Shown here: in pieces, positions 30,801-39,288 of the stretch
How the letters are laid out: each line of letters opens with the position of its first letter
Position numbering within the stretch: position 1 is the first letter of the stretch
Source: a virus
Length of the DNA: 64,000 nt
Reading direction: 5' to 3' (one strand)
Virus record (IMG/VR): IMGVR_UViG_3300031857_000082
Span: 1 to 64,000 of that record
The notes under the pieces: model-generated
The model's database searches: none
Seen by the model: the letters and a program-made list of their open reading frames with translations, nothing else
Told to the model about the DNA's origin: nothing
Program-made: the position numbers and the translations under genes

Positions 30801-32702
30801 AACTGCACCTGCTGCACCCATTGCTTCTGAAACTTGTTTTCTAAGTGCACTATTGGTAAATTCTGTTGCAGTTCCTAATTGTTGTGCAGCAAGGGCTGCT
30901 TCAATTTCTGCTGTTGAAAAATACTTAGTTGACTGGGTTGCATTTTTAAATGCTCCAACAATACCACCTTGTAAAAATCCTTTACTAAAAGCACCCATGA
31001 ACTGAAATAGTTTTGCAAGAGTACCAGTTAAGTTCATCAACAAACCAAAGAACATCGTTCCAGCGGGTATAACAAGACCAGTAATAATAGTTGCAAATGC
31101 TATAAACCTCTTTGAAAAATCTGGTAGGCTATTAAATGCATCTGCGATGCTAGTAGCAAAATTAACTAATGGAATTGCTAACTTAACAAATATTTCACCT
31201 ATAGGGGCTATTGCTAATTTAAACTTTTCTACTGCCGCTTTTAATTGAACACTAAATGCTTCTTCAATAGTTTTTAATTCTCGATCAGCAGTCATGGCTA
31301 ATTCTTCAACACTGTACCCCATAGTAGCCATAACCTGTTGAGCCTGAGATCCATCTCTAATAACGTTTTCAAATAAAGCACCTAATCTTGCATATTGGTA
31401 CTTACCAAATACTTCTTCTAATGCCTGTTGTTGTTCAAATTCTCCTAGTGTTGATAAGGCCTTAGCAAATGCAGTAACTGTCTTCATTAAGTCACCTTGA
31501 TTAGTTTGAATAATTGCATCTAAATTGACGCCAAACTTACCTAGTGTTTCCGTTGCTGATTTGCTTGGATTAATTAAAGATGCAAGACCAGACTTTAAAG
31601 CGTTTGCACCCTGTTCTGCACTCACACCACCTTCTTGCATTGCTGCTAGAAATACGGTTAAATCTTTTACGTCTCCACCCAAACCTTGAATTACTGGTGC
31701 TACACGTGGTATTGCTGCTGCAATATCTTGTAGGCTTACTACAGTTTGGTTTTCTACCATATTTAGATAGTTAATAGTATCTGCTAATTCATTTCCTGAA
31801 AGTTTAAAAGCACTTTGAAGTGCAATGGTTGTTTCTAATGCTGCATTTTGATCCATCTGGCCAAGGGTTGCTAGTCTTGTAGCCTGACTTACTGCATCTG
31901 TTAAATCTGAATTTCTTCTACCTGCTGCTGCAGCCTGGGCTGCTAGACTCATTGTGTCTTTAACTGCTATACCATATTTAGTATATTCTCTACCAAGATC
32001 TTGTACTGCTTTTAAGTTATCTTGCATTTCTCTTGGAGTTGTAAATAAGTCTCCATATACTTTCTTAAATGCTACCGTTTGTTTTTCTAAATCAGCAAAT
32101 ACCTTGCCTGCTGTTGTTCCAAATATAGTTAATGGAACTGTAAAACCAACCATAAGTTGACGTCCAGCCCATTGTACGTTTTTACCAAAATTTACAAGTT
32201 GAGTTGTTCCCTGTCTAAACATTGATGAAAGAATCTGAGTTCTTTGAGAAGCAATAGTAGCCTGATCGGCAAATGCTTGTAGTGGTCTAATTGCAAGAGC
32301 GTCTTGCATTCCTTTTGATGATTTGGCTGTTGCGATAAATTGAGTTTGAAGTACGCTAGCCTTTTGTCTTGCTAAGTCTAATGTTTCTGCAAATAGTGCA
32401 CCATTTTTTACATATCTTGCACTAAAATACTGTCCAAGTGTTGCTTGTCCTTTTTTAAGAGTATCATCTAAGGCTCCAGCAGCAGTACGCATTCTTACTG
32501 ATTCAGCAGTAAATACCTTGCTGGAGTTAACCATATCTGCAAGGCTAGAGGCGTATTTTTGAGAGGCTGCTAATGAAGCAGCGTTATTTTTATTTAATGA
32601 TAGGAAAACAGAATTAATCTGTTGTTGTAAAATCTTTAGTTCTGCAGCAGATTTGCCAGTATTGATTTCAATGTCAACAATACCTTTTACTACTTCAGCC
32701 AC
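24873..32702 (-). CDS. tape measure protein (2609 aa) with internal cargo domains
   Basis: TP901-like TMP core (LAAMQEGGVSAEQGANALKS, EEVFGK), hydrophobic segments, coiled coils, three DxVPAxLTPGEFV motifs, C-terminal NYSINVNV. Confidence 0.93.
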   Translation of the reverse strand: MAEVVKGIVDIEINTGKSAAELKILQQQINSVFLSLNKNNAASLAASQKYASSLADMVNSSKVFTAESVRMRTAAGALDDTLKKGQATLGQYFSARYVKNGALFAETLDLARQKASVLQTQFIATAKSSKGMQDALAIRPLQAFADQATIASQRTQILSSMFRQGTTQLVNFGKNVQWAGRQLMVGFTVPLTIFGTTAGKVFADLEKQTVAFKKVYGDLFTTPREMQDNLKAVQDLGREYTKYGIAVKDTMSLAAQAAAAGRRNSDLTDAVSQATRLATLGQMDQNAALETTIALQSAFKLSGNELADTINYLNMVENQTVVSLQDIAAAIPRVAPVIQGLGGDVKDLTVFLAAMQEGGVSAEQGANALKSGLASLINPSKSATETLGKFGVNLDAIIQTNQGDLMKTVTAFAKALSTLGEFEQQQALEEVFGKYQYARLGALFENVIRDGSQAQQVMATMGYSVEELAMTADRELKTIEEAFSVQLKAAVEKFKLAIAPIGEIFVKLAIPLVNFATSIADAFNSLPDFSKRFIAFATIITGLVIPAGTMFFGLLMNLTGTLAKLFQFMGAFSKGFLQGGIVGAFKNATQSTKYFSTAEIEAALAAQQLGTATEFTNSALRKQVSEAMGAAGAVKYLGDSYTILIAKMMEAARLAPYTMGIGQTAAGLAQTGRAASGRIIRPPQMRNSGGRIFMSDGSTVPGTGNSDTVPAMLTPGEFIVNKQATEKNLGLLYAINGGGAGYNKGGTTYANPGAYLGPRQAAEKAASELSVFAPNRRRMPLGTASVSSRATGEVLGKLNNLVYLVNPTTNKQLVGNRVMGGFDKRGVPLDQLRREMTSDIGMWMIDAYAGQKWAKTAYKTTLQNNFDSIAAKNAGKEVRFLDSKGLERIQDVIDKPEYANVKFVSVKELQNEALLNRLSPDHLQRLLSEDTANVMKQRMRSSTGQMANRSTYEDLNRQSYTRMQQSWRGTKRPAGFEGAHMYGMGGKIPKYGMGGKIPGVQYANIGMLIGARMRKQIKQLRPQLGAFDKNVLQRLRSRSWTDVVEGARLNDAMALRQSGFSNDEIDMLFKKSGFNNSGIEDLAPIRKKLYSEANKIRQIEIKTDPKDLRWNTISNESNEILDLTSFLKNKGYVGDDIAELAFIGGDGRKLGDRSHHTQTRIEKQRQSGRGYSLKGYLGQAVVEPKEFNQSKLYSSLGIGAPINIKEFEKQKMIVSELLGIPYSPRKKQKTSRLLKDFYDFESQILLSPDEPIFRNKGGMIPRYALGGLRGKAIFERGRVGKPAIMNLSGLDPKSMNMIDELAPFVGADAAVDYAKILQKGSIKLDIGQFFRKAKGLEDIVQSRYSEWKSQNQWAVYSPGYQDVRDRALSKIRKQVTDDEFSRISRGRPSLVDDYNENLKRTLGLNKGGIAKFNRGNIVPGSGNTDTVPAMLTPGEFVVNKEATRNNMALLKAINNGSMAGYNKGGKIPGVQYFATDEQNRLVMDLATNNRGVAGPTSSLRPNMQSRVAQYMAKNPAMGMGLMSAGFVLPMIGQQMQQATNKYVNGVGNFINTLTPAILAMSIFPSLIPKLFGPWGILIAAVTATAIGLKKYRESIDKAARESAKQGASAGGAANALDVMAKILGKQTPLQISLSNSVKFTDKQLQAQEESFAALQTEQGQAFLQSLRGMSSTERSSELSSYIQNAIASGMMDATSGGEFARVVGVELKDSLLSNQVIRQISSQGSGSEALLRLTQQRGQYKGSMEGPARTAISAGRGGTYTIGNQDFKDSSFNISSAIQTFKSAEETQALANIELQKGAITQSKYNEIIEKTNSLQQEAQKQIQFSLNATSDKGATAQALKDQLILGGYTEEQVKKINEISNKLDEGKSAQVLLQVSSGQIRPEDLVMLVDFIQNKDNSVAVEWTNKFVGNEIEASKFAMWAQNNLSSSNAASFKAAVDIVGLDKAGQLQELLYSFGFDKNGNLALGGSKLLLEIETGNKDAIKEFSDIYKNMGSGKPGQMKKAAIDFAIKIGGSESSFDYVLNKIKDFNNLTLENKFASITYAVQIADIQGRITQAGKNISLSGAVAAYGQMDEMNKTLLAMNQQTTPASTTGTGDKTEIQMMQERIKQTKQYIAALKVLNSDKKQSMLTDAQIAQMDPALAIEIANKAQKQRISLEKAYQDYLKNTVDITNRLTSAEDKRMQVLDIQDKIYNRQITLIDRRINAKQDEIEKEQDLNEVRQHALDKISEQEEKINEEYNKRVEALDKVDNANQRNANRQKSRINLATALTSGDIGAAAQAAAEITSQEALYKIEDARKALEVQRENAIKAIKISVNGVLMTRKEIEDAIKASNERIYQIGLDIKKIEEEKIPILQLQQKLADERYALELKSLANNTANLEVYRQIFAELQKIGQASGVSFSGGGSGGASNTGSGTPMAQQDKYVKRAEQITKAINGQLRGSAKSAALSDFNRFINNSANKVLSEGERDLLISRYKLKINPPLYAMGGRVNYKGSNEPPPAIKMAYGSMVPGMGNTDRVPALLTPGEFVIRKSVASAYMPLLEQLNGNIYPGGAMPKGSAKTNPSLYNNSYSINVNVAGTDASPDEIANAVMSKIKQVESRSLRGVKVG

Positions 32703-33378
32703 TATTCAATCACCTCATAATCTAACCCTTCGCCAATACCGAATCCTGCTCTTTGTGCTGCAGCACCCTGTAATGAAACTATGTCATTTGGATTAGTTGT
32801 TTTACCACCACTAAATGCTTTGGCCTTAATTCTTTCCCAAGCATCTTGACCATTGGACGAATCGGAGTTCTTATCTAAATCAACGCCTTGCATTGCTGCC
32901 AGGAATTTACGATTATCGTTTTCTTCCTTTTGCTTTGCTTGTAGTATTGCTACTAACTCTGGCATCGATATACTGTCCTCCATCTCCTCGTAATTCTTCC
33001 AAAAACCTAGAAGAAATACTTTGGATTCTAGTTCGGCTAGATCTAGTTCGTTCCAACTAGAGCCGCCGCTAGTGCGTTTGGGTCGTTCAACTTAATACCT
33101 GCCGCTACTTCAATAACTTTATAAACAGTTGGAAGATCAATTAAATCTTCTAATTTTGCTTTATCAGCAATATCTGGCTTATATTGTTTCATTGCAATAA
33201 CTGCACAATCAAGTAGAAGGTCCATAGATTTAATGTTGTCTTCTGCTATTTTTTCATCTGATATTTTTTGAAATTCTTTCATAAAATCTCTTAATACAGA
33301 AATTTTTAATGGTTTCATTTCTACTTTTGTACCATCTTGTAATTCAATTTCTACAACTTCGTAAACACTTGTTGCCAC
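32702..33378 (-). CDS. tail assembly chaperone GT (programmed -1 frameshift fusion)
   Basis: The -1 frame is open from the CCCAAAC site through ...WNELDLAELESKVFLLGFWKNYEE into ORF 32702..32983. Confidence 0.8.
33043..33378 (-). CDS. tail assembly chaperone G
   Basis: Between the tail tube and tape measure; AAGGAGG RBS before GTG 33378. Confidence 0.85.
   Translation of the reverse strand: MATSVYEVVEIELQDGTKVEMKPLKISVLRDFMKEFQKISDEKIAEDNIKSMDLLLDCAVIAMKQYKPDIADKAKLEDLIDLPTVYKVIEVAAGIKLNDPNALAAALVGTN
33076..33082 (-). other. -1 ribosomal frameshift slippery heptamer C-CCA-AAC
   Basis: XXXYYYZ heptamer in the correct phase (GAC CCA AAC), followed by the stem CGGCT-CTAGTT/AACTAG-AGCCG. Confidence 0.8.
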
Positions 33379-33415
33379 GTAAAGCCTCCTTAAGACTATA
33401 TAAAAATTATAGCAC

Positions 33416-33445
33416 AAAACCCACCCCCCAAAAAGGAGAGTGGGC
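33416..33445 (-). terminator. intrinsic terminator after the major tail gene
   Basis: CCCACTCTCC / GGGGGGTGGG stem (with G-U pairs) and T-rich loop, followed by TTTTGT. Confidence 0.7.
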
Positions 33446-33466
33446 CAAGTGTTTTATTAAGTTGTA

Positions 33467-34150
33467 TTACATTTGTGCTGGGGCTTGTCCAACTGTTCTG
33501 TCGACAATTTTGCCGTATGAACCGTTAGATGCTGACAACAGACGGAATGTAACTTCGAACATAGAAGGTGTATCACGCTTTGCAGAAACTGATACATTCT
33601 CGATTGAGAGTGCACGGTTTGCTACGTAAATACGTTCTACTGCGTTGTTTCCTGTTTTTGTTGGATCTCCAGATCCTGGACCAACAGCAACAAGAGCACG
33701 CTCTACTGGAACATCGCCAATATCTCCTGAAGAGAGATTTAAGCGAGCACCGCCGAATCCTTTGTCTGCTTCTTTTGCTGCAATTGCAGTAACCAAGTTA
33801 TCAAGTGTTGCTTCTGCAAAACCTGTAACCATAGAAACTTGCATACCTTGTTTGTAAAGTTTTGCAACGTCTAGCAATTGATCAACTTGAACTTCACCAA
33901 AGTCTGGTTGGAATTGTAATTCCAAACCATTCATTGTGTAGCCAACACTTGACCAATCTGCTGAATCAGCAAGGGTGTCTTTGTAGGATGAGTTAGCCTG
34001 AAATGCTGGAAGATCAGAAGTTCCTGTTCCAGTAAATGAGTAAATTGCTGATGCACCTGTTCCTGAAACGTATTCCAGTGGGCTATCTGCAATAAACAAT
34101 GCTGCTGCACCTACGATGATTTGTTTTGAATCACCACGTGTATATGCCAT
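33467..34150 (-). CDS. major tail (tube) protein
   Basis: IIVGAAALF, GYTMNGLE, VDQLLD, FAEATLDNL, FEVTFRLL; strong RBS; terminator downstream. Confidence 0.88.
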   Translation of the reverse strand: MAYTRGDSKQIIVGAAALFIADSPLEYVSGTGASAIYSFTGTGTSDLPAFQANSSYKDTLADSADWSSVGYTMNGLELQFQPDFGEVQVDQLLDVAKLYKQGMQVSMVTGFAEATLDNLVTAIAAKEADKGFGGARLNLSSGDIGDVPVERALVAVGPGSGDPTKTGNNAVERIYVANRALSIENVSVSAKRDTPSMFEVTFRLLSASNGSYGKIVDRTVGQAPAQM

Positions 34151-34199
34151 ATTTTTTTCCTCCTCTATTTTTTAACATAGTGGGGGCGTATCCTCAATA

Positions 34200-34724
34200 T
34201 CAATTATAACTTGTATTTACATGATAGTCAAACTTGACTATTAGGTCAGTTTGATAAGGGGTTCTTGTAGTATCTAGATTAGTAGCGTCTTTCATATAAG
34301 TAACTTGGTATGCATTTACGCATTGAAATTTAACATCTGATGGCCCAACAAAGTTATTTATGTCCTCTGCAGCAGCATCTTCCCTGTCTAGAGAAGAAAG
34401 CATTATATGCCTCATTGCATATACGTCCTCAACACTTGCACCTCTAATTGAGTAAAGCATTTGTTGGGATTTAATAGGATAGAAATACTTATCTTTTCCA
34501 GTTCTAGCCTTTACAAAATTATCATATAAAATATATGGTCTTGACCCCCATGATATTGCTCCAGCATTTGGATCATTTACGGGGAATATAGGAATAAATC
34601 TTCTTCCATTTTCTACATATTCATTATAGAAGTCCTCATCATTTAATCTAAATTGTTCCCATACATATTTATTTACTAATACTTCTGGTGTTTTATCGCT
34701 TAAATTAGGTATATTAATTGTCAA
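34200..34724 (-). CDS. putative tail terminator protein
   Basis: Position directly upstream of the tail tube gene. Confidence 0.55.
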   Translation of the reverse strand: MTINIPNLSDKTPEVLVNKYVWEQFRLNDEDFYNEYVENGRRFIPIFPVNDPNAGAISWGSRPYILYDNFVKARTGKDKYFYPIKSQQMLYSIRGASVEDVYAMRHIMLSSLDREDAAAEDINNFVGPSDVKFQCVNAYQVTYMKDATNLDTTRTPYQTDLIVKFDYHVNTSYN

Positions 34725-35409
34725 TTTGATCTTCTCCTGGTAATTTTGATATCCAAGAAAGGGCAGTCATTTTTCCTATACCCGCCGCATTTGTACCTTG
34801 TAAGGCTTTTTTAAAGTTTCTTTCATATTCTTTTGGAGACTCAAAATGTTTGTAAAACTTTATTGCCTTTAAGTATACTTGGCTTAAATAGTTATTATAG
34901 AATTCTTGAAAGACACTTACAAAGCCACCCCTTGTTTCTGCTCCTCCAGGATTAAGAACTGTTATAGGTCCCATTCTAAAATACTCTAAACCGTCTATTT
35001 CGAAAAATAAGGCCTTTGCTTCCTTTTCCTTGATAACTACTGGGATGCCCTCTTCCATGACCTCTGCTTTGTCGTAAAACGGCTCAGTGGACCCATCCTT
35101 GACTGTCTGTGATTGTAAAAATTCTGCAGTGATTGTAGATCCTCTTCCAGAGGATATAATTCCTAAATCTACCAGTCTTGCTGTTGGGTTTCCTACTTGA
35201 CCCCATTCATATATATGGTGAAGCATTCCTGGATGCATTCTTGCAACCCCATCTAAGTATTGATAAAAAGCATTAACACTAGTGTTTGCTACTTTTCTAT
35301 TTATATATCCTTGTTGTGCTTTTGTTTCAGTAATAAACCCATCTGAGTATTTAACAAGGTTATTTAACATCTTATTTAATTTCTTAGTATCTATTTTTGC
35401 TGTAATCAT
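34714..35409 (-). CDS. neck/tail-completion protein
   Basis: Synteny in the head-tail block. Confidence 0.5.
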   Translation of the reverse strand: MITAKIDTKKLNKMLNNLVKYSDGFITETKAQQGYINRKVANTSVNAFYQYLDGVARMHPGMLHHIYEWGQVGNPTARLVDLGIISSGRGSTITAEFLQSQTVKDGSTEPFYDKAEVMEEGIPVVIKEKEAKALFFEIDGLEYFRMGPITVLNPGGAETRGGFVSVFQEFYNNYLSQVYLKAIKFYKHFESPKEYERNFKKALQGTNAAGIGKMTALSWISKLPGEDQIDN

Positions 35410-35861
35410 TAGTAGACTACCTCGTATTGTTTAGTTGATCTAGTTAAGTATCCACGATAGAAATCTACAGCATGAAAGGCGTTGTATGAAGGAACAAAAG
35501 ATTGAATTTCATATTGAGTTTTGGAATCTTCTCTTTCTGTCCATACTACTTTGCCTTCTGAGTCTTTTATGTTAGTAACCAAAACCTCTGTAATAGGGTA
35601 GTGTGTTCCACCTTTTTTTCTTTGAATATCATCAGATGTTCTAAAGGCAATATCAGAGTTATATTGAAAAAAAGCAGTTGTAGACTTTAGTTCACTATTT
35701 AATGTTTTATCTGCCATTGCTGATACGGCTGAGCATTTAACTGTTCTATCAAAAACCCAAGTTCTTTCCATTGTTCCAAAATCGTTCTGTCTAGTTTCTG
35801 CATAAAATATTTCAGCAGTCATAGGATAGAGTATATTATCTATTCCAGCACCTGGGAGCAT
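35409..35861 (-). CDS. head-closure/stopper protein
   Basis: QNDFGTMERTW pattern typical of head-tail joining proteins; synteny. Confidence 0.6.
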   Translation of the reverse strand: MLPGAGIDNILYPMTAEIFYAETRQNDFGTMERTWVFDRTVKCSAVSAMADKTLNSELKSTTAFFQYNSDIAFRTSDDIQRKKGGTHYPITEVLVTNIKDSEGKVVWTEREDSKTQYEIQSFVPSYNAFHAVDFYRGYLTRSTKQYEVVY

Positions 35862-36764
35862 TTACAACACCCCAACACGAATTGGTCTCTTATATCTCTC
35901 CAAGATCCTGTCAACTATAAGGTTGCCAGTTGTGGCCGTCCAATTTTTAGCAAACTTAATCTTAAAATCATCATTATCAAAGGATTCAATATATCTATTT
36001 ATATATTTGATATTATCTTTAAATATATCTTGAACCAATAGTTCACATGCTTCTTGAATATCTTGTGGTATAACCTTCCATCCATAATCAGCATCTACGA
36101 TATATTCATACCCTTCAAAAAAGTCTACATCTAAGAATCTATCTCTCCATACCTTCTTATAGTTTATTCTATTTGATTCTGGGATATCTAATACTATGGC
36201 ATTTAATTGTTTATTAATCATATAGTCTGCCTCGTTATTTTGAGAAGAGGCATCATACATCAATTCTCCATTTTCATAAATCTTGTATAGGTTATGAATT
36301 TTTTCGTCTATAAGTAATTCATCTGTTCCTGTGCCAATAAATTCTTTTTCTTTTCTGATATATCCAAAGCCGTCTGTGTGTGAGTCAATTATGTATCTTG
36401 CTAGTCTTTCGTATTCAACTATGCTATTTCTTTCTACAGTTGTAAGAGTTGTTGTCTTTCCGTATAACTTTAGGCCTGTAGCATCTATATTGCAGTATGG
36501 CCTTACTATTTCAATATTTGTAATATTTACAATGTCATTTTGAGGATCTTTTACTGTTGCTACCAGGGAGCCTGTATAAGTTAAATAATGCTCTGGTATT
36601 GAGAATACCACTACACCAGATCCATTTGAATTTGCACTTGCTGAATATGACTGTGAGGTTATTAAGTCATCTAATTCTATTTTATAATTTACGCTTGAAC
36701 TTAATCCAGAAAATGATGCAGACAAACTTGTTGTGTTATTCAATCTTAAAAGTTCCATGTGCAC
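35862..36764 (-). CDS. head-tail adaptor with N-terminal Ig-like extension
   Basis: ARYIIDSHT, YGWKVIPQDIQEACELL, TGNLIVDRILERY (gp6/gp15-like); ATG at 36758 is an alternative start. Confidence 0.75.
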   Translation of the reverse strand: MHMELLRLNNTTSLSASFSGLSSSVNYKIELDDLITSQSYSASANSNGSGVVVFSIPEHYLTYTGSLVATVKDPQNDIVNITNIEIVRPYCNIDATGLKLYGKTTTLTTVERNSIVEYERLARYIIDSHTDGFGYIRKEKEFIGTGTDELLIDEKIHNLYKIYENGELMYDASSQNNEADYMINKQLNAIVLDIPESNRINYKKVWRDRFLDVDFFEGYEYIVDADYGWKVIPQDIQEACELLVQDIFKDNIKYINRYIESFDNDDFKIKFAKNWTATTGNLIVDRILERYKRPIRVGVL

Positions 36765-36786
36765 CTCTAAATTATTATATCATTTA

Positions 36787-36822
36787 TAAAAAATAAGAGG
36801 GGAGTATCTCTACCCCCCTCTC
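36787..36822 (-). terminator. intrinsic terminator after the capsid gene
   Basis: GAGGGG...CCCCTC stem followed by TTATTTTTT. Confidence 0.7.
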
Positions 36823-36839
36823 TGATTTCGTAAAGCAAA

Positions 36840-37820
36840 TTATGCTGTACGTGCGATTGCATCAGTTTCTTCGATTTGAACACCGAAACGTAAGAATACA
36901 GTATATTCTACTGTGTCTTTCTTAGGTTGGAATTCACGATGAACTGTGATATCTCTTTGGAAACCCCAAATTCTATTTTCAGGGAATGTCAAAGTGATAC
37001 GGTTTGCAGGCATCAAAGGAACTTCCAATAAAGGAAGACCTAATACACGGTACTGGATTGGAGCACCTAGTATTTGTGGTTCTTGGCCAGCAACAACTCT
37101 TTCAACGATTCTTTCGCTGTTCAAGTTGCCTGAAGATCCAAGGCCATTGATGATGTTTGATACTGTTTCTGTATCTGCATAGAACTTCATTGCTGCACGT
37201 GAGGCACGGTATTTACGAGGCATTGCAAGCACAAGTGCTTGTAAGTCTTCGATATTTGTACCAAATGTTGCAGTGTTTGTTGAAGTATTTTCTTTTGTGA
37301 CAAATCCTTCAAGGATGTTTAGGAACGCATTTGATCCTGTTCCAGTTCCGTTGATTGCAAGATCTTCAAGATCGTTTGCAAACGCACGGGTCATGGTACG
37401 GACTAAGTGGTCTTCTAAACCTGCTCCTTCTAGGTTGTCTTCTAGTGCTTCTGTTGATACTTCCCAATCAAGACGAATCTTCTTTGTTGAAAGTTCAACC
37501 TTTGTGAAAGTTACGCCAGCGTTTGTGTAAGTTGCATCTGCTTGTGCAGCGGCACGGATTACACGTTCGCCTACGTTTAACTTTTCAAGTTCTGAAGCGT
37601 TTGTACGCATTGTTACTCTGCGTCCATCTCTTGCAAGAACTTGTTGTTCGAAAATGTATTCGATAAATTGGCGTGATTGCTCAGGAGCAAGAATACCGCC
37701 GTCATTAGCGGCACTTCCTGCGACACCAAGGTCTCCTGCGGCTGGGGTTGTTACACCACCAATACCACCAGAAACGATAGATCCTGTAGCAGCAGCCTTT
37801 TCTAAAATTTCATCTGCCAT
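36840..37820 (-). CDS. major capsid protein (HK97 fold)
   Basis: GGILAPEQSRQF, LSTKKIRLDWEVSTEALEDN, FANDLEDLAINGT, LGLPLLEVP; follows the protease-scaffold gene. Confidence 0.92.
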   Translation of the reverse strand: MADEILEKAAATGSIVSGGIGGVTTPAAGDLGVAGSAANDGGILAPEQSRQFIEYIFEQQVLARDGRRVTMRTNASELEKLNVGERVIRAAAQADATYTNAGVTFTKVELSTKKIRLDWEVSTEALEDNLEGAGLEDHLVRTMTRAFANDLEDLAINGTGTGSNAFLNILEGFVTKENTSTNTATFGTNIEDLQALVLAMPRKYRASRAAMKFYADTETVSNIINGLGSSGNLNSERIVERVVAGQEPQILGAPIQYRVLGLPLLEVPLMPANRITLTFPENRIWGFQRDITVHREFQPKKDTVEYTVFLRFGVQIEETDAIARTA

Positions 37821-37842
37821 AATATTTTCACCTCCCAGTGAA

Positions 37843-39237
37843 TTAACGATATAGGTCAGCGGAATTGAGGAAACGCCCGCCCCACATCGATCCTTTTCTT
37901 ATTTGTGTTTCCTGAACGACCCCGCCGAGGTCGCCAGACTTACGGACAGCGGTATCGTCTTCTAGTGAGTCGACACGCTTTCCAAACTCATCAACATTGT
38001 TTTTTACTCCTGCAATTTCCTCTTTTGCGGAAACAATGCTTTTTTGTAGTTCTGTCATTTTTTCGTTAAGTGACTTAACTGTTGCCACCAAATCTCCAAG
38101 TGCTGAAGCAACTGTATTTTGAACCTCGTCAATAGATTCTTGTACTGTATCTACAGCCTTTGCCAATTCTGCGTCTTCGCTATCTTCGGCGGGAGTGGCG
38201 GCATCTTCTGCTGGTGCATCTGTTGCTGCTTCTGCTGGTGCATCTGCTGCTTCTGCTGGTGCATCTGCGGCTGGTGCTACTGCTTCTGCTGGTGCTTCTT
38301 CTGCACTATCAGATTTTTCAATGTTTTCTTCGGTAGCAACTTCTTCAGCGGCTGGTGCTTCTGCTGCAACTTCTGCTGCGGCTGGTGCATCTGCGGCTGG
38401 TGTTTCAACAACTTCTTCAGTTGCTGGTGCTACTTCTACATTTTCTTCTGCCATATTATTCCCCTCCTTATCAGGATTTTCAGCCTTGGTTATTTTTTCA
38501 CCAAGTCCAATTTTCTGCGATTTCAATAAATCTTTGATCACAGAATTCTTTTCAGTATCGTTTGATTCTACAAAGCCTATATTTATCATATGTTTTTCAC
38601 ATGATGGACATGAAGAATCTTCTTCTTGAGAAAGTCTTACTAGGGAATCTGATTCGCACCAGTAAACATTTTCAAGATCTACTTTACTAATAATACCATC
38701 TATTTTGTTTGTACCGTCTGCTACTTTTTCAATTGACACAATATTGGCAAATTGATTAGCAGGATTGTCTACTAATGAAAGTTCGTGTAGGTCATATTCT
38801 TTAATAACCCTAATTGCTTTATCCATCTTGGAGTCATACATTTCTTCAGAATCTTTAATGCTACCACCAATAGAAAAGCCAGAAAGAGTACCATCAAGAA
38901 CTTTTTCCCAAGTGTCTTGAGCACCTTTTGATATATATGCATTTACGAATACTCCATTGTAAAATTTGTCTTCTTCTTTATTATAAAATTTATCTGATTT
39001 AAATGACACTACCCTGCCGACTGCGATAGGCATGTGCATTTCACGTAGGTTGCCACGGAATCTTTCAAACGCTTTAATACTGACATCGGTTGGAACGATG
39101 TCTGCTTGCTTGTCAATGTTGTCAAGGGTTGCAAAACCAGAAACTGTTCGTTTCTCTTTATCGACTTTAGCGATTGGCATGGACAACTTGATGCTGTTGT
39201 CTTCTGAGTGCCAAAATGCTTTATGCAAATTAGTCAT
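37843..39237 (-). CDS. prohead maturation protease fused to scaffold
   Basis: VSGFATLDNID, LREMH, GFSIGG, ELSLVDNPAN (HK97/XkdF-type protease), then an acidic Ala/Glu/Pro linker and coiled coil. Confidence 0.88.
   Translation of the reverse strand: MTNLHKAFWHSEDNSIKLSMPIAKVDKEKRTVSGFATLDNIDKQADIVPTDVSIKAFERFRGNLREMHMPIAVGRVVSFKSDKFYNKEEDKFYNGVFVNAYISKGAQDTWEKVLDGTLSGFSIGGSIKDSEEMYDSKMDKAIRVIKEYDLHELSLVDNPANQFANIVSIEKVADGTNKIDGIISKVDLENVYWCESDSLVRLSQEEDSSCPSCEKHMINIGFVESNDTEKNSVIKDLLKSQKIGLGEKITKAENPDKEGNNMAEENVEVAPATEEVVETPAADAPAAAEVAAEAPAAEEVATEENIEKSDSAEEAPAEAVAPAADAPAEAADAPAEAATDAPAEDAATPAEDSEDAELAKAVDTVQESIDEVQNTVASALGDLVATVKSLNEKMTELQKSIVSAKEEIAGVKNNVDEFGKRVDSLEDDTAVRKSGDLGGVVQETQIRKGSMWGGRFLNSADLYR
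38190..38430 (-). repeat. imperfect tandem repeats encoding (D/E)APA(E/A) low-complexity linker
   Basis: Repeated gctggtgc(a/t)tct units; protein reads DAPAEAADAPAEAATDAPAEDAA. Confidence 0.85.
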
Positions 39238-39288
39238 ACTACCTCTATTATAATTAGTCTTTATAGGGCTTTACAATATTATAACAAA

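Noticed and set aside
38119-38629. Cys/Trp-rich and Ala/Ser-rich plus-strand ORFs
   Set aside because: Antisense readings of the scaffold's low-complexity repeats.
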